The translations under genes were made by a program, and so were the position numbers. From a virus, in IMG/VR virus record IMGVR_UViG_3300045988_079296, positions 32,001 through 96,000 of that record: a DNA stretch of 64,000 nt; one strand, written 5' to 3'. A model generated the notes under the pieces. The model saw nothing but the letters and a program-made list of their open reading frames with translations, did no database searches and was not told where the DNA came from. Below are positions 19,054 through 28,984 of this stretch, piece after piece. How positions within the stretch are numbered: the stretch's first letter is position 1; each line of letters opens with the position of its first letter.

Positions 19054-19508
19054 TATTTCATTCCCGTGTGTCCATAACCTCCCGCACCTCTCTCGGAGTC
19101 ACGCTGAAAGCCTTCTACTGGTTTCCATGTAGCTTGGAATAAACCGCCTGAGCCGTTGCACACCGCCTGAGCAATTCTCTCCCCTCTCTTAACAACAAAC
19201 GTCTCGTTGCTGAGATTAATCAAAGGCACTCCAACTTCTCCTTGGTAGTCGGCATCTATTGTGCCAGGTGCGTTGATAACTGTTATGCCTTTCTTAACAG
19301 CCAAACCGCTTCTCGGTCTTATCTGCATTTCGGCATCCGTAGGTAGCTCAACATATACTCCCGTAGGAACAACGCAACGTTCCATGGGTTGAAGTACAAT
19401 GTCATTAACGTTTGCAGCATACAAATCTGCTCCTGCCGAAAGTTCGGTTGCATAATAGGGAAGTTTACCAAAACCTTTGATAATAATTCTTACGTCTCTC
19501 TTTTCCAT
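19053..19508 (-). CDS. dut: dUTPase
   Basis: SAGADLYA, RPRSGLA, INAPGTIDADYQGEVGV, RGERIAQAV. Confidence 0.95.
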   Translation of the reverse strand: MEKRDVRIIIKGFGKLPYYATELSAGADLYAANVNDIVLQPMERCVVPTGVYVELPTDAEMQIRPRSGLAVKKGITVINAPGTIDADYQGEVGVPLINLSNETFVVKRGERIAQAVCNGSGGLFQATWKPVEGFQRDSERGAGGYGHTGMK

Positions 19509-19525
19509 TGTTGTTTATTTAATTG

Positions 19526-21196
19526 TTATAAAAATGTATATTTGAATCCCGTTGTTATCAAATTAGCTCCTAACTTAGCCAACCAGAAGCTGGATGAAAT
19601 ATCATCATGCTCTCCTACACTCTCCAATCCCTTATCCGTGAACGCCACAGAACCAAGGTCGGAGAATATGAGGTCTTTAACGTTGCGAGAATAGTCATCG
19701 CCTACGGGAATGTGGATTTTGCCACGCTCAAAGTCTATCGCCAAACCTGGCCAACCCGTCTTCAAGTCATACTTATCTATTCCCGTAGTATGTCCCACAA
19801 CTGGAAGTCCTTGACGGTCACTCTCTTGTACGAATATTTGTTGGAATGTGTTTTGCTCCAATATCATCGTATCAGGTCTGAACCTTGCGTTGATACCTTT
19901 CAACGTCTGCATTTGTTCGTTGAAAGTCATTCCCTTTTGGCGGTGGAAATTAAGCAACCATCTTTCTCCCGTCTCGTCATCTACTCCCCATGTACTGAAC
20001 ACGGTGTAGTCGGCTGCTACGTTAGCGGAGATTGCGAAGTCACAACCCGTTACAACTTTGTTAAACTTAATAGGGAAGTCATCACGATTTCTTACCAATA
20101 CATAATTTTCCATACGGAGTAAAGAACGCTCAAGAACCTTCAACGGGAAGATTGATGCTTCATTCGTAATAGGTCGGCATAAGTTCTCACGGGAAAAGAT
20201 TATGTTACCTTGGGTTGACCTCTTATCTAACAAATCGAAGAAGCTCCAACGCTGTGGCCAAAGTATTCGTCCATCGGGAAAGATTGCAGGATATTCAATT
20301 ACAAACCATCCTTTCTTGCTCTTCAAATCTCCGTATAAGTCGGCTGCGTGAAATGGAGTTCCAACGACTACTATTTGTCCACCTGGTACAAGCATGTTCA
20401 TAATTACCGAATGGAAATAGTCAATGCTCTTCTGCCTTTGTAGCTGACTGTATATGACGTTATCTTTCAGTCCGTCATCTACGACTATCCAGAAGGGGTG
20501 AGCACCACGTACAGAGCTTCCAAACCCCTTACACGTCAATCTCGCTCCGTTCTTACATACGATATTCGTACTTGCCCACGCTCCGCTGTTTCTCGTATCG
20601 GGGAAAAGACGATTGCGAAGAATGTCGTTGCTCTCTATCGTTCCCTTCAAAATCTCCATTAAGTCCACGGACTGCTGGAGTGAGAAGCTAAACAAATACC
20701 CACGATTGGAATTTGCCTTCGTTGGTCTTGCCGAAAACACATTGCCTCTCGGCTTTGCGTAGGAATAAAGTTTCCAAGCAGCGTATGCGTTGGAGAAGTA
20801 GAAAGATTTACCGTGGTCACGGGCAGCTTCAATACAGAGCTTTCTATGACGGTGCACCAAATCTCCCCATTCCAAATGATGCCAAGATAGTTGGAAGTCT
20901 GGAATGACCGAAGTAATGAAGTATGTAAGGTTTCTTGTCCTTAAAGTTTCCTCAATACTCTCTGAAAGTCTCTCGGTGTACTTCGGGGAAAAGTCTATAT
21001 CAGTCTTGCCCGTGTACATAACTTCAAAAGTGTCTCGGATTAAGTTATCAATAACAAAGTCCAAGTCACCCTCCGAACCTTCAAGAAGCTCGTTTATGCC
21101 TCTTTCGTCCAAACCTTCTATAATTTCATCAACGACATTCAAACATTCCAATCGGTGCATTGGGGTTTGAAGTATCAATCCTGAGTCTGTAATCAT
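19526..21196 (-). CDS. terminase large subunit
   Basis: IEAARDHGKSFYFSNAYAAW (Walker A-like), FWIVVDDGLKDN (Walker B), VTGCDFAISANVAADYTVFSTWG nuclease domain. Confidence 0.9.
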   Translation of the reverse strand: MITDSGLILQTPMHRLECLNVVDEIIEGLDERGINELLEGSEGDLDFVIDNLIRDTFEVMYTGKTDIDFSPKYTERLSESIEETLRTRNLTYFITSVIPDFQLSWHHLEWGDLVHRHRKLCIEAARDHGKSFYFSNAYAAWKLYSYAKPRGNVFSARPTKANSNRGYLFSFSLQQSVDLMEILKGTIESNDILRNRLFPDTRNSGAWASTNIVCKNGARLTCKGFGSSVRGAHPFWIVVDDGLKDNVIYSQLQRQKSIDYFHSVIMNMLVPGGQIVVVGTPFHAADLYGDLKSKKGWFVIEYPAIFPDGRILWPQRWSFFDLLDKRSTQGNIIFSRENLCRPITNEASIFPLKVLERSLLRMENYVLVRNRDDFPIKFNKVVTGCDFAISANVAADYTVFSTWGVDDETGERWLLNFHRQKGMTFNEQMQTLKGINARFRPDTMILEQNTFQQIFVQESDRQGLPVVGHTTGIDKYDLKTGWPGLAIDFERGKIHIPVGDDYSRNVKDLIFSDLGSVAFTDKGLESVGEHDDISSSFWLAKLGANLITTGFKYTFL

Positions 21197-21270
21197 ACCA
21201 AACGTCTTTAAACAGCAAAAGCTAACAAAGATTGCTCCTTGTTAGCTCCCACACTTATATTACCTTGTTG

Positions 21271-22035
21271 TTAGTATTCGATTGTGCCGTCAATATCGGC
21301 TTGTAACTTCCTATAAAGTTCATCCTTTTCCTCCTTCGTCAAACTATCATCCGAATCAATCGAAGCCTTGTATCGCAAAATGTCGTTATTGAGAATTTTG
21401 CACATCGACAATACATCTGTCTTTATGGTATCTCTTTGAGCCTTCTTATTAAAGACAAGACGGAACTCATAATCACCTTTCGTAAACTCCAACAATCCGA
21501 ATATTTGCAGAGCGTTCAAAGCGTTCGCTGCCTTCTGATGAGATAACTTCGTAGCCTTACAAAGTTGAGTTCTTGTAAATATGGTATGTTCCGCTTGTTC
21601 GATAGGAGTTGAACCCGCAAGGATTAACCAAACTTGTTTTGCATTACGCTCGGATTGGATGCGGTTGGTTGCATCTGAAAGAAAGTTTGAGAGATTGTTT
21701 TTGTTTGCCGTTTCTCCTTTCGCATCAAGATAGTCGTCAATTATCTTATCTTCCAATATAACTACTTCCACCCCGTTCTCCTTTGCAGCCGAAGTAGCAA
21801 TTTGAGCCACAGTCGGATGGAGACATGCCATAATCAATACTGACTGTTCTCTCGGTGGAACAGGTTTCTTGTATGTTTCCTCTTTAGGTGCTTGCTCTTC
21901 AAGTTTCGGAGCTTCTTCAACCTTCTTCCTCGTTCTCTTTGCAGGAAGTTCACCTGCGGCACGGGCAGCTTCAATTTCTGCCTTCGTTCTCCGTTTACGC
22001 TTCGGAGCTTCTGATTTGTTTTCCAATTCTGACAT
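21271..22035 (-). CDS. winged-HTH-like protein, possible replication/regulatory factor
   Basis: FTRTQLCKATKLSHQKAANALNALQIFGLLEF. Confidence 0.55.
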   Translation of the reverse strand: MSELENKSEAPKRKRRTKAEIEAARAAGELPAKRTRKKVEEAPKLEEQAPKEETYKKPVPPREQSVLIMACLHPTVAQIATSAAKENGVEVVILEDKIIDDYLDAKGETANKNNLSNFLSDATNRIQSERNAKQVWLILAGSTPIEQAEHTIFTRTQLCKATKLSHQKAANALNALQIFGLLEFTKGDYEFRLVFNKKAQRDTIKTDVLSMCKILNNDILRYKASIDSDDSLTKEEKDELYRKLQADIDGTIEY

Positions 22036-22066
22036 AGTCTTTACAATTTACGATATTATACTTGTT

Positions 22067-22822
22067 TTATCTCTTAATGTATTTCAAAGTGTGACGTATC
22101 AAATAGTCGGCAGCAACTTGAGGTGTCTCAAATAAGTCCTTAACGCTTACATCTTGCATCAATGAATACTTATTAGGAGCTGGTGAAGGTTCAATATCTT
22201 CATCCATATCTTCATAATAAGCGTTCCAATCAATCCATTTTTGGTTTACAATCTCCAAGTTATACAGAATTGACTTGCCGTCCTCTCCGTAATGCAAGGA
22301 GATTATCTTGCCCTCAACAATACCTCCGTCTTTCAACGCAAATCTCATATCTCCTAAATTGGGGATAATTACTTGTCGTTTTACTTTGACGGCTGGAGAA
22401 GAGTGTTGATGCGCATCCTTGCGTGTGCTTGAGCGTTTTGGCTGAAGGTCGGAACTCTTTGATGCGGGATAACCTTCAAAGTCCTCCGCTTTCCGTTCTC
22501 CTACGGGAACATAATACGACTTGCGTTCCGCTTTGGCTTCCTCGTGAATAGTCTTAACCAAATACTTAATGTCGGGAATGATTTGGGACTTAACCATGTA
22601 ACGCTTCCCAGACATTTCTCCTTCTTCCTCTACCAAACCTAATTTAGCAAGAGCCTTCATAACGTATGGAGCGTATTTCTTTTCTACTCCTGCGCTTTCA
22701 AGAATTTTACCAATTGGTCTTTCCTTTACATTTATCCATACGTTCAAGTTGGATACATTTAAAATCTCTTCCAAAGCCAGCTCCAACGCTGCTCTTACTT
22801 CATCGACAGTTGCTCTTGCCAT
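22067..22822 (-). CDS. hypothetical protein with HTH-like N-terminus (start trimmed to ATG 22822)
   Basis: MARATVDEVRAALELALEEILN...; ends FETPQVAADYLIRHTLKYIKR. Confidence 0.65.
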   Translation of the reverse strand: MARATVDEVRAALELALEEILNVSNLNVWINVKERPIGKILESAGVEKKYAPYVMKALAKLGLVEEEGEMSGKRYMVKSQIIPDIKYLVKTIHEEAKAERKSYYVPVGERKAEDFEGYPASKSSDLQPKRSSTRKDAHQHSSPAVKVKRQVIIPNLGDMRFALKDGGIVEGKIISLHYGEDGKSILYNLEIVNQKWIDWNAYYEDMDEDIEPSPAPNKYSLMQDVSVKDLFETPQVAADYLIRHTLKYIKR

Positions 22823-22883
22823 AATTATTACTACAATTTGATTTACAATTTTGTTAATATACAAATATAAACTTTGGCGACTT

Positions 22884-23558
22884 TTATTTTGGGTTTTTGC
22901 CTGCACATCTAAACTCAAAGAACTCCTTGCCTTTCGTGCGCTCTCTTACTTCCTTTTCAACGCTCGCTTCTCCCTTCTTACTTCGGAGCTTCTTCATAAA
23001 CCAACGGAGAAGGTCTGCGGTTGCTTCTACGTCATTCATAGCACCGTGAGCATCGGTTATCTTCAACTTGGCGTATCGGATTGCATCTGATAATGTAATT
23101 TTCTCGTTTCCGTTTACTCCCCAAGTAAGTTTAGTCAAAGTCATGGTATCAATAAAGTTATCTTGGAGTAATTGCCAAATACTTCCTTTCTTACAGTATT
23201 GGAAGGCCCATTCCAACATACGGTGGTCAAATGATATATTATGTCCTACCGATACCATGCGCCTTGCATCTTCCCATTTCGCCTTCGATTGATATTGTTT
23301 CCAAAGCTCATGAGTAGTACTGATGAACTCCTTGACTGGAATACCGTTCTTTATATCGGACATCGTTACCATGGTCTTATCCAAAGCAGCTTGTTCAATC
23401 TTTAGGTCGGCATAAGGCTTGACAAATGTCTCGTATCGGTCAAGCTCCTTTAGCGTTGTTCCTTCGAGAATAATACAAGCATATTGAGTGATTGGGTTTT
23501 CTTCGGGTTTCAATCCTCCCGTCTCGCAGTCGTGAACTATAAAATTACTTGTTATCAT
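22884..23558 (-). CDS. DnaQ-like DEDD 3'-5' exonuclease
   Basis: FIVHDCETGGL, GHNISFDHRMLEWAF, LTDAHGAMNDVEATADLLRWF. Confidence 0.88.
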   Translation of the reverse strand: MITSNFIVHDCETGGLKPEENPITQYACIILEGTTLKELDRYETFVKPYADLKIEQAALDKTMVTMSDIKNGIPVKEFISTTHELWKQYQSKAKWEDARRMVSVGHNISFDHRMLEWAFQYCKKGSIWQLLQDNFIDTMTLTKLTWGVNGNEKITLSDAIRYAKLKITDAHGAMNDVEATADLLRWFMKKLRSKKGEASVEKEVRERTKGKEFFEFRCAGKNPK

Positions 23559-23574
23559 ATTACCTTTAAATTAA

Positions 23575-23616
23575 GAATACCGTAAACTTAGTAAATAAAC
23601 CTTGTTCACGGTATTC
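23575..23616 (-). terminator. 9-bp stem-loop upstream of the exonuclease gene, terminator or leader structure
   Basis: gaataccgt (23575-23583) / acggtattc (23608-23616). Confidence 0.45.
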
Positions 23617-23639
23617 GGGGATATGGAAAGATACAAAGA

Positions 23640-24233
23640 TTATTTCGTTTCTTCTCCTTCTACGGGTTGATGTTCGTTATTATCTGCTTCAGACGGTGCT
23701 TTATCTGCCTGCTCCGTGCCTTTCGTTTCTTCCGCAGCTTCTTCCTCGTTCTCTTCAAATTCTGCCTTTAAAACAGTTTGGTAGATGCCGCAATCTTCTT
23801 TGTTATCGCAGCTTTCGCAAGTTTCCTTGTTGAAAGTCATCCCTGGCAATATTACGCCGCTGGGGAACGGTCTCAAATGACCAACATATTTCTCGGCTTC
23901 ACCCGTCATGTCTTCCCATGTACGTTGCTTAACTGCTTCGGAACGCCCATGACGCACGCCCTTGGCGTATGCTTCTTTGGCTATTGCGTCAACCTTCTCG
24001 CTCAAAAGCTCCGAACTCTTCTCAATGAGTTGCTCAACTTCCTTCTTTGACCAAGACTTCTTTTCAGCAAACATCTTCGGTTCAATCTCGGTCATGACTT
24101 GGTAAACTACGGCTGCACCTTCGGGGTTGTTACGTCTCTTGTACGTATGTGCGCTGAATTGAAGAGCTTGCCAAATTACTTCTCTCTGTCTCTCGTTGAG
24201 CAACATGCTCAAAATGAATCTTCTTAATTTCAT
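23640..24233 (-). CDS. hypothetical protein with Cys cluster
   Basis: ETCESCDNKEDCGIY. Confidence 0.7.
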   Translation of the reverse strand: MKLRRFILSMLLNERQREVIWQALQFSAHTYKRRNNPEGAAVVYQVMTEIEPKMFAEKKSWSKKEVEQLIEKSSELLSEKVDAIAKEAYAKGVRHGRSEAVKQRTWEDMTGEAEKYVGHLRPFPSGVILPGMTFNKETCESCDNKEDCGIYQTVLKAEFEENEEEAAEETKGTEQADKAPSEADNNEHQPVEGEETK

Positions 24234-24523
24234 TTCTTTTTGTTTTTATTGTTTAACGTATTGAATATATCCCAACCTGCTGTGTAAACCAAAGTCCACT
24301 GACCCTCTTCGTCCTTTCGTATTACCTTCACATACTTCTTTCGGAACTCCGCTGGCGGTGTATTAACCGTTGGATGTGAAACTTGCTCTTCAAACGGAGC
24401 TACTTTTACAAGCTCACCTTTCTTCCAAGGCTTCAAGAGGTGCTTGTTGTACGAACGCTTTTCAGGCTCTTCGTTTACTACCAAGAACTTTGGTAATGCT
24501 TCTTTGCTCGTGATTGCTTTCAT
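24230..24523 (-). CDS. hypothetical protein
   Basis: ORF 97 aa. Confidence 0.65.
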   Translation of the reverse strand: MKAITSKEALPKFLVVNEEPEKRSYNKHLLKPWKKGELVKVAPFEEQVSHPTVNTPPAEFRKKYVKVIRKDEEGQWTLVYTAGWDIFNTLNNKNKKK

Positions 24524-24633
24524 TATTAATATTGTTTAATCTTCTGGACTTATAAACTTTGGGCAAAAAGAAACTGGGCAGGAAGATAAACCTCCAAAAC
24601 CCAGTTCCCAAAAGCATATTGATGGAGCATGCT

Positions 24634-24939
24634 TTATTTCTTGCCTTTCTTAGCAGCCTTCTTCGGCTGGATGACCTTCTTCACCTTCGTAGAAGCCTTG
24701 AAGCCTACGGTGTGTGATTCGGGGATGTCCAACGCTTCGCCAGTCAACGGGTTGCGTCCTTTACGGGCAGTGAAGATAGAAGGTTTGAACTTACCCAATT
24801 CAGGGAAGTTTACTTCATCGCCATTTTCTACTACTGCTTCAACAATAATCGGCTGCATTGCGTCAATTACGCTGTTTACTACATCTTGGGTGTGACCCGT
24901 CTGTTTTGCAATCGCTTGCACTAATTCAAACTTTTTCAT
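24634..24939 (-). CDS. HU/IHF-family DNA-binding protein
   Basis: MKKFELVQAIAKQTGHTQDVVNSVIDAM...FPELGKFKPSIFTARKGRNPLTGEALDIPES. Confidence 0.9.
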   Translation of the reverse strand: MKKFELVQAIAKQTGHTQDVVNSVIDAMQPIIVEAVVENGDEVNFPELGKFKPSIFTARKGRNPLTGEALDIPESHTVGFKASTKVKKVIQPKKAAKKGKK

Positions 24940-24991
24940 CTTTACAATTTGTTAATTAAACAATATTCAAAACACTTTATAGTTGTTCTTT

Positions 24992-25435
24992 CTATACTTC
25001 GATAACGTTGAGTCCATTTTCTTTAAGGACTTCAAGCAATTTCTCCATTTTCTCGTCTCTTGCTTCCTCCGTCATAAACCAAAAGGATATATTGGTTTTC
25101 GTGATAAACTGACCAGGCGTTAAGTCCTTGTTTATGGTTATACCGAACTCCCAGTGAGCCTTCGGTTTTTCCACAAAACGCATATCATACTCCATGGTAT
25201 GGAAGTCATAAGCTGATATGGTTACTCCGAACTCTTTGAAGTGCAGAACGGTCTTGGAAAGCCGTTTCTTTTCTTCCTCTCCATTGTCCCAATCATCGTC
25301 TTGACCTTCGGCTTCCTCTTCTTCCTCGTCCTCATCAATATCGCCAATTAAACCTTTCTTTGGTTTAGCAGCGTGTTTACGGGTAAACTTTGGTTTTCCG
25401 CTATCTTCGGGAATTTGACTCAATCGTACTTTCAT
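24992..25435 (-). CDS. hypothetical protein
   Basis: ORF, acidic linker; start trimmed to MKVRLSQ. Confidence 0.65.
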   Translation of the reverse strand: MKVRLSQIPEDSGKPKFTRKHAAKPKKGLIGDIDEDEEEEEAEGQDDDWDNGEEEKKRLSKTVLHFKEFGVTISAYDFHTMEYDMRFVEKPKAHWEFGITINKDLTPGQFITKTNISFWFMTEEARDEKMEKLLEVLKENGLNVIEV

Positions 25436-25623
25436 TTGTCTAACCAATTTTTGAATTTCTTACTCTTCTTGGAATATAAAACTATTAAAGCCATGATGAA
25501 CAAAAACAAATAGGTTGATAATAAAACCCAACCTGCATCGTTTGTCATCAAATATACGATTGTATTGCTTAATAGCCAAATTAAAGCATAGCAATTTACA
25601 AACTTATCTCTATTTGTTTTCAT
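25432..25623 (-). CDS. small two-TM membrane protein
   Basis: NCYALIWLLSNTIVYLMTNDAGWVLLSTYLFLFIMALIVLY. Confidence 0.6.
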   Translation of the reverse strand: MKTNRDKFVNCYALIWLLSNTIVYLMTNDAGWVLLSTYLFLFIMALIVLYSKKSKKFKNWLDK

Positions 25624-26189
25624 AACAATCCTTGTTCTCTAAATTCTGATAAAACATTATTTTGAGCTCTTATGAACTCTGTTGACATCGCCCATGCTTC
25701 TTCGCTTAACATTCTTATGCCTGCTCCGTAGAAGTCCCAAAAGTATGTATCAATGGCGGTCTGAACTCCGTACACTTCATAGTTCACATTCTCTCGTCTC
25801 AGCGGTATCGTTACCATGATATTGTAATCGGAGATATGAACTGTTAAACCTTGTATGCTTCCTTCTCCGATAACTTTAACAAATTTAATTGTATGCTGAA
25901 ACTCTCGTCCATTAAGTTTATCTACAAAACAACGACTTCTCGCAGAAAGCTCCGAAGAAGTTAAACCGCCCGTTCCTGCTTTGTTTGGGTCGGGTAACAT
26001 TTCTACTATCGTTTGTACCATAATCTGGGATAGTAGGACTTTGCGACTTCCAAACAATTTGTCATTCAAATATCCTATTTTGGTAAGAGCCGCTGAAAGT
26101 TCTCTCTTCAAACTGCGTCTTTCATTTCTGAAGTTCTCAAGTTCGTCTCGGAGAACCCACCGTGCTATTCGTTTTACAATTTTCTTCAT
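25620..26189 (-). CDS. hypothetical protein
   Basis: ORF, start trimmed to MKKIVKRI. Confidence 0.65.
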   Translation of the reverse strand: MKKIVKRIARWVLRDELENFRNERRSLKRELSAALTKIGYLNDKLFGSRKVLLSQIMVQTIVEMLPDPNKAGTGGLTSSELSARSRCFVDKLNGREFQHTIKFVKVIGEGSIQGLTVHISDYNIMVTIPLRRENVNYEVYGVQTAIDTYFWDFYGAGIRMLSEEAWAMSTEFIRAQNNVLSEFREQGLL

Positions 26190-26634
26190 AACGTTCAATC
26201 TATATCTGGGAATAAAAAAAACTGAGGTGAATAACTTTGACGTCACTCACCCCCTTATATACCAAGAAAAGTGCCCAAAAGAAGTATATTCAATTCTTTT
26301 ATGGTTTAAATCTTGATATGCCCTTACGTACATATGCGCTCGCTACGCTCGCAATAAAACCCCCTTAAAACAACCCCCTATTTGCCAATGTTCTCTTGTA
26401 GCTTCGCCAAATCTGATTGGAACTTAATTAATCCGTCTTTGAGAACGGGAATTGGGTGACTGGTGTAGTTCGGCTCTCTTCCTTCGATAATGTCTTGAAG
26501 GACTTTGATGTCTCTTTTCCAGTTGTTTGATTTGTTTCGTTTTGTCCATAACTTCGATATTTGCTTGCTACAAGATTATCATACCGTGTGAAGGTCTTTT
26601 ATCCTCCCTTATCGGTTAATCGTCAGCAAAGTGG

Positions 26635-26883
26635 TTAAACAATTTGTATTTCGTATCTTTTAGCCAGTTTCGCTCTTGCTTTAAATATCCGCTCCCGTCT
26701 ATTCATTGCATAGCTGATTTGACTCTCTATCGTTCCGTCAATCCAACAAGCTCCCTTGAGGATATTTTCACGGTCTTTAGGTTTGAAGCTGTTCGCTCTT
26801 GCTACCAATCCCAAGAAGCGTTCTTGCTTCGTTATCTCCCATGACATCTTCTTGATAACCTTTTCAGCCGTTTCAATCTTCAT
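26635..26883 (-). CDS. hypothetical protein
   Basis: ORF 82 aa. Confidence 0.6.
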   Translation of the reverse strand: MKIETAEKVIKKMSWEITKQERFLGLVARANSFKPKDRENILKGACWIDGTIESQISYAMNRRERIFKARAKLAKRYEIQIV

Positions 26884-27026
26884 CCTCTTCTATTTTGTTT
26901 AATTTCTTCCGAAGAGTAGAATTGTAAAAAGCAATCCTTTTCATCTTTACGGTGCTTTTGAGAAAACTCCAGCATTTACCTTGTCGTTTAGCTATTTTTG
27001 CTTTTTTGTTTTCGCTCGCCATAATA

Positions 27027-27224
27027 TTATCCCCAAATTACATAATTAAGAAAATCTACAACTCCATCCCACCAATCGAAGAATGGGAACATAACGTATC
27101 TGATGAACAACCAAGATAACGTTCCGTAGGTTATGCACTGCCAAATCTTTCTATACTTCGGTTTAAGAACCTTCTTTCCAAACCGTCCGTCAATTGCGTA
27201 TAATACTTTCATAATCGTTTTCAT
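27027..27224 (-). CDS. small membrane-associated protein
   Basis: ITYGTLSWLFIRYVMFPFFDWW; start trimmed to MKTIMKV. Confidence 0.55.
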   Translation of the reverse strand: MKTIMKVLYAIDGRFGKKVLKPKYRKIWQCITYGTLSWLFIRYVMFPFFDWWDGVVDFLNYVIWG

Positions 27225-27409
27225 GACAATTCTGAATTGATAATCTTTTGCGTTTCTCTCTTCTCTATCTTCCTCACAATCTTGCGAAGAATTTTTCTGT
27301 ACTTCGTTCTTCCTCTCCGAACTCCTTTGCATTGACCTTTCCAGTCGCATAGTTCTATGAAGTCCCAACCGAAGTGAACTGAAATTTGTTTATAATTCCT
27401 TCTTTTCAT
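27221..27409 (-). CDS. hypothetical small basic protein
   Basis: MKRRNYKQISVHFGWDFIELCDWKG; overlapping starts/stops with neighbours. Confidence 0.5.
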   Translation of the reverse strand: MKRRNYKQISVHFGWDFIELCDWKGQCKGVRRGRTKYRKILRKIVRKIEKRETQKIINSELS

Positions 27410-27951
27410 TATTTCTTGAGCTTTGAGATAATTAACGTTGTTAACAAAATTCCTACCAAACAAGCAACTCCGATTAAAGAGCATTTCAGATTGAACTCAA
27501 AGAAAGCTCCGATACTTCCCCAAATGAACTTGATGTAGAAGTAGCTCCCTAATAGAGCTACCAAAACTATGATTGCTAAACTTCTTCCTTTCATGACGCT
27601 TATTTCTTGTAAATGAATATATACCCGTCTTTGCCTTTGCATTGACCGCTTTCGCAAGATACGAACTCCACTGAATAAATCTCGGTTGCGGCTTCCAACG
27701 TTTTTGCGTTCGTCACTTACAGCCCATTCGTCTATCAATTTCACATCGGTCTTAACTGAACGTCCAGTTGTGTATCGGTTTTCTGACCTTGTTCCTTCTA
27801 TCCCGTACCAATCTACAAGCTGTTTTGCGTAGTTCCAAATTGCATCACCCTTCTTTGTAGGTGCTCCGAAGTCACATGCGTCTCCATAAATTTTAACGCT
27901 TCTCTTTGTAATTTCTTCTACGGCTTTGTAGCCTTCTCTGTAAACTGCCAT
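27409..27951 (-). CDS. ORF with holin-like two-TM C-terminus; an internal ATG at 27594 would give a stand-alone 61-aa holin candidate
   Basis: MKGRSLAIIVLVALLGSYFYIKFIWGSIGAFFEFNLKCSLIGVACLVGILLTTLIISKLKK. Confidence 0.5.
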   Translation of the reverse strand: MAVYREGYKAVEEITKRSVKIYGDACDFGAPTKKGDAIWNYAKQLVDWYGIEGTRSENRYTTGRSVKTDVKLIDEWAVSDERKNVGSRNRDLFSGVRILRKRSMQRQRRVYIHLQEISVMKGRSLAIIVLVALLGSYFYIKFIWGSIGAFFEFNLKCSLIGVACLVGILLTTLIISKLKK

Positions 27952-27978
27952 ATCTTTGTATTTTTAATGTTTCTGTTA

Positions 27979-28009
27979 CAAAGGTAAGGACTATTTTCCA
28001 AACGGCAAA
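27979..28009 (-). promoter_or_regulatory. Bacteroidota-type promoter TTTG-N19-TACCTTTG
   Basis: caaaggta 27979-27986, CAAA 28006-28009; spacer sequence identical to that at 60056-60074. Confidence 0.8.
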
Positions 28010-28071
28010 AAGAAAAGCGAAGAATTTTGGTAAAAACTTCGCTTTTTAACGTTTTGGCGGTATTTATTAAC

Positions 28072-28497
28072 TTATTTTGCCATTCTCACAACTATCTCCA
28101 CATCTGAAAAGTCGCTTGCAAAAGAACAAGAACGAATATCATAGGAATGACTTCCAGTGTTAATCGTAGTAAGCACCAAAGGATAATAAGTCAACACGCT
28201 TAACTCGGTAGGAGCGGATGTCAAAGCATAAGACGTTACAAGGTTTGAAGCTGCCTGACCTCCGAAGCGTTCAGATACTATTTTAACCGTCATAGGAACG
28301 TCAGAGGATGCTTGTATGCTCACTTCTGTCTCCGTCTTTAAGGAGATTATGAGATTCAAGTTTCCTATCTTAGCATTGATGGGAGCGGTCTTTAAGTTTC
28401 CGTTTAAAACTATCGGCTTGTAACTTACAAAGTCCAATCCTCCTTCTACTCCATTGTCAATCTCTTCTCCCGTATATGCGCTTTGATAATCTTCCAT
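28072..28497 (-). CDS. putative virion protein
   Basis: ORF 141 aa with beta-rich pattern. Confidence 0.55.
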   Translation of the reverse strand: MEDYQSAYTGEEIDNGVEGGLDFVSYKPIVLNGNLKTAPINAKIGNLNLIISLKTETEVSIQASSDVPMTVKIVSERFGGQAASNLVTSYALTSAPTELSVLTYYPLVLTTINTGSHSYDIRSCSFASDFSDVEIVVRMAK

Positions 28498-28655
28498 TAT
28501 TGTTTAACTTTAAATTTGTTTCCTCCTTTTGTCGCAAAAGTTTCACCGCTGGAAGTTTTCAAATATCCCTTTCCTTCAACTGGCGGAGAAGTGCTTGGTT
28601 TGAGTTTTGTGCTTCCGCTCAACTTACCAATTGAACCTAACTTACCAACTCTCAT
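28497..28655 (-). CDS. 52-aa small protein missed by the ORF track
   Basis: MRVGKLGSIGKLSGSTKLKPSTSPPVEGKGYLKTSSGETFATKGGNKFKVKQ; stop overlaps next ATG (28497). Confidence 0.6.
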   Translation of the reverse strand: MRVGKLGSIGKLSGSTKLKPSTSPPVEGKGYLKTSSGETFATKGGNKFKVKQ

Positions 28656-28659
28656 GGCA

Positions 28660-28923
28660 TCAATACATTACGTTAATAGAACCCGAAACAAGTTCCAATT
28701 TAGAGTCAATGTAGAAATATTCCGTTTCTCCTTCGGATATTACTACACCATCACCTGGCTGGTTTTCCAAGCGAATAACGGCATCACCGCCAGTCGCCTT
28801 AACTCGGATAAACTGATTGGGAGTTATTTGCTCTACAACTCCTGCTGCGCTTACGTTCAAACCCATACTTAGACGGGCAACTTGTACGGAGCGACTGTTT
28901 GCATCTACATAAAGACTTTTCAT
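28660..28923 (-). CDS. hypothetical protein, possibly virion-associated
   Basis: MKSLYVDANSRSVQVARLSMG...VRLENQPGDGVVISEGETEYFYIDSKLELVSG. Confidence 0.6.
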   Translation of the reverse strand: MKSLYVDANSRSVQVARLSMGLNVSAAGVVEQITPNQFIRVKATGGDAVIRLENQPGDGVVISEGETEYFYIDSKLELVSGSINVMY

Positions 28924-28938
28924 ATTTTTACAAATTAA

Positions 28939-28975
28939 AAAAGGAGTATAAAACCCCAATGTTGTTATACTCCTT
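28939..28975 (-). terminator. strong stem-loop terminator
   Basis: perfect 12-bp inverted repeat aaaggagtataa / ttatactccttt, A-rich flank gives minus-strand U-tract. Confidence 0.8.
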
Positions 28976-28984
28976 TAATAGTTG

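Noticed and set aside
22862-22869. caaatata as a Bacteroidota promoter
   Set aside because: -7-like box TATATTTG present but no TTTG box at the expected distance
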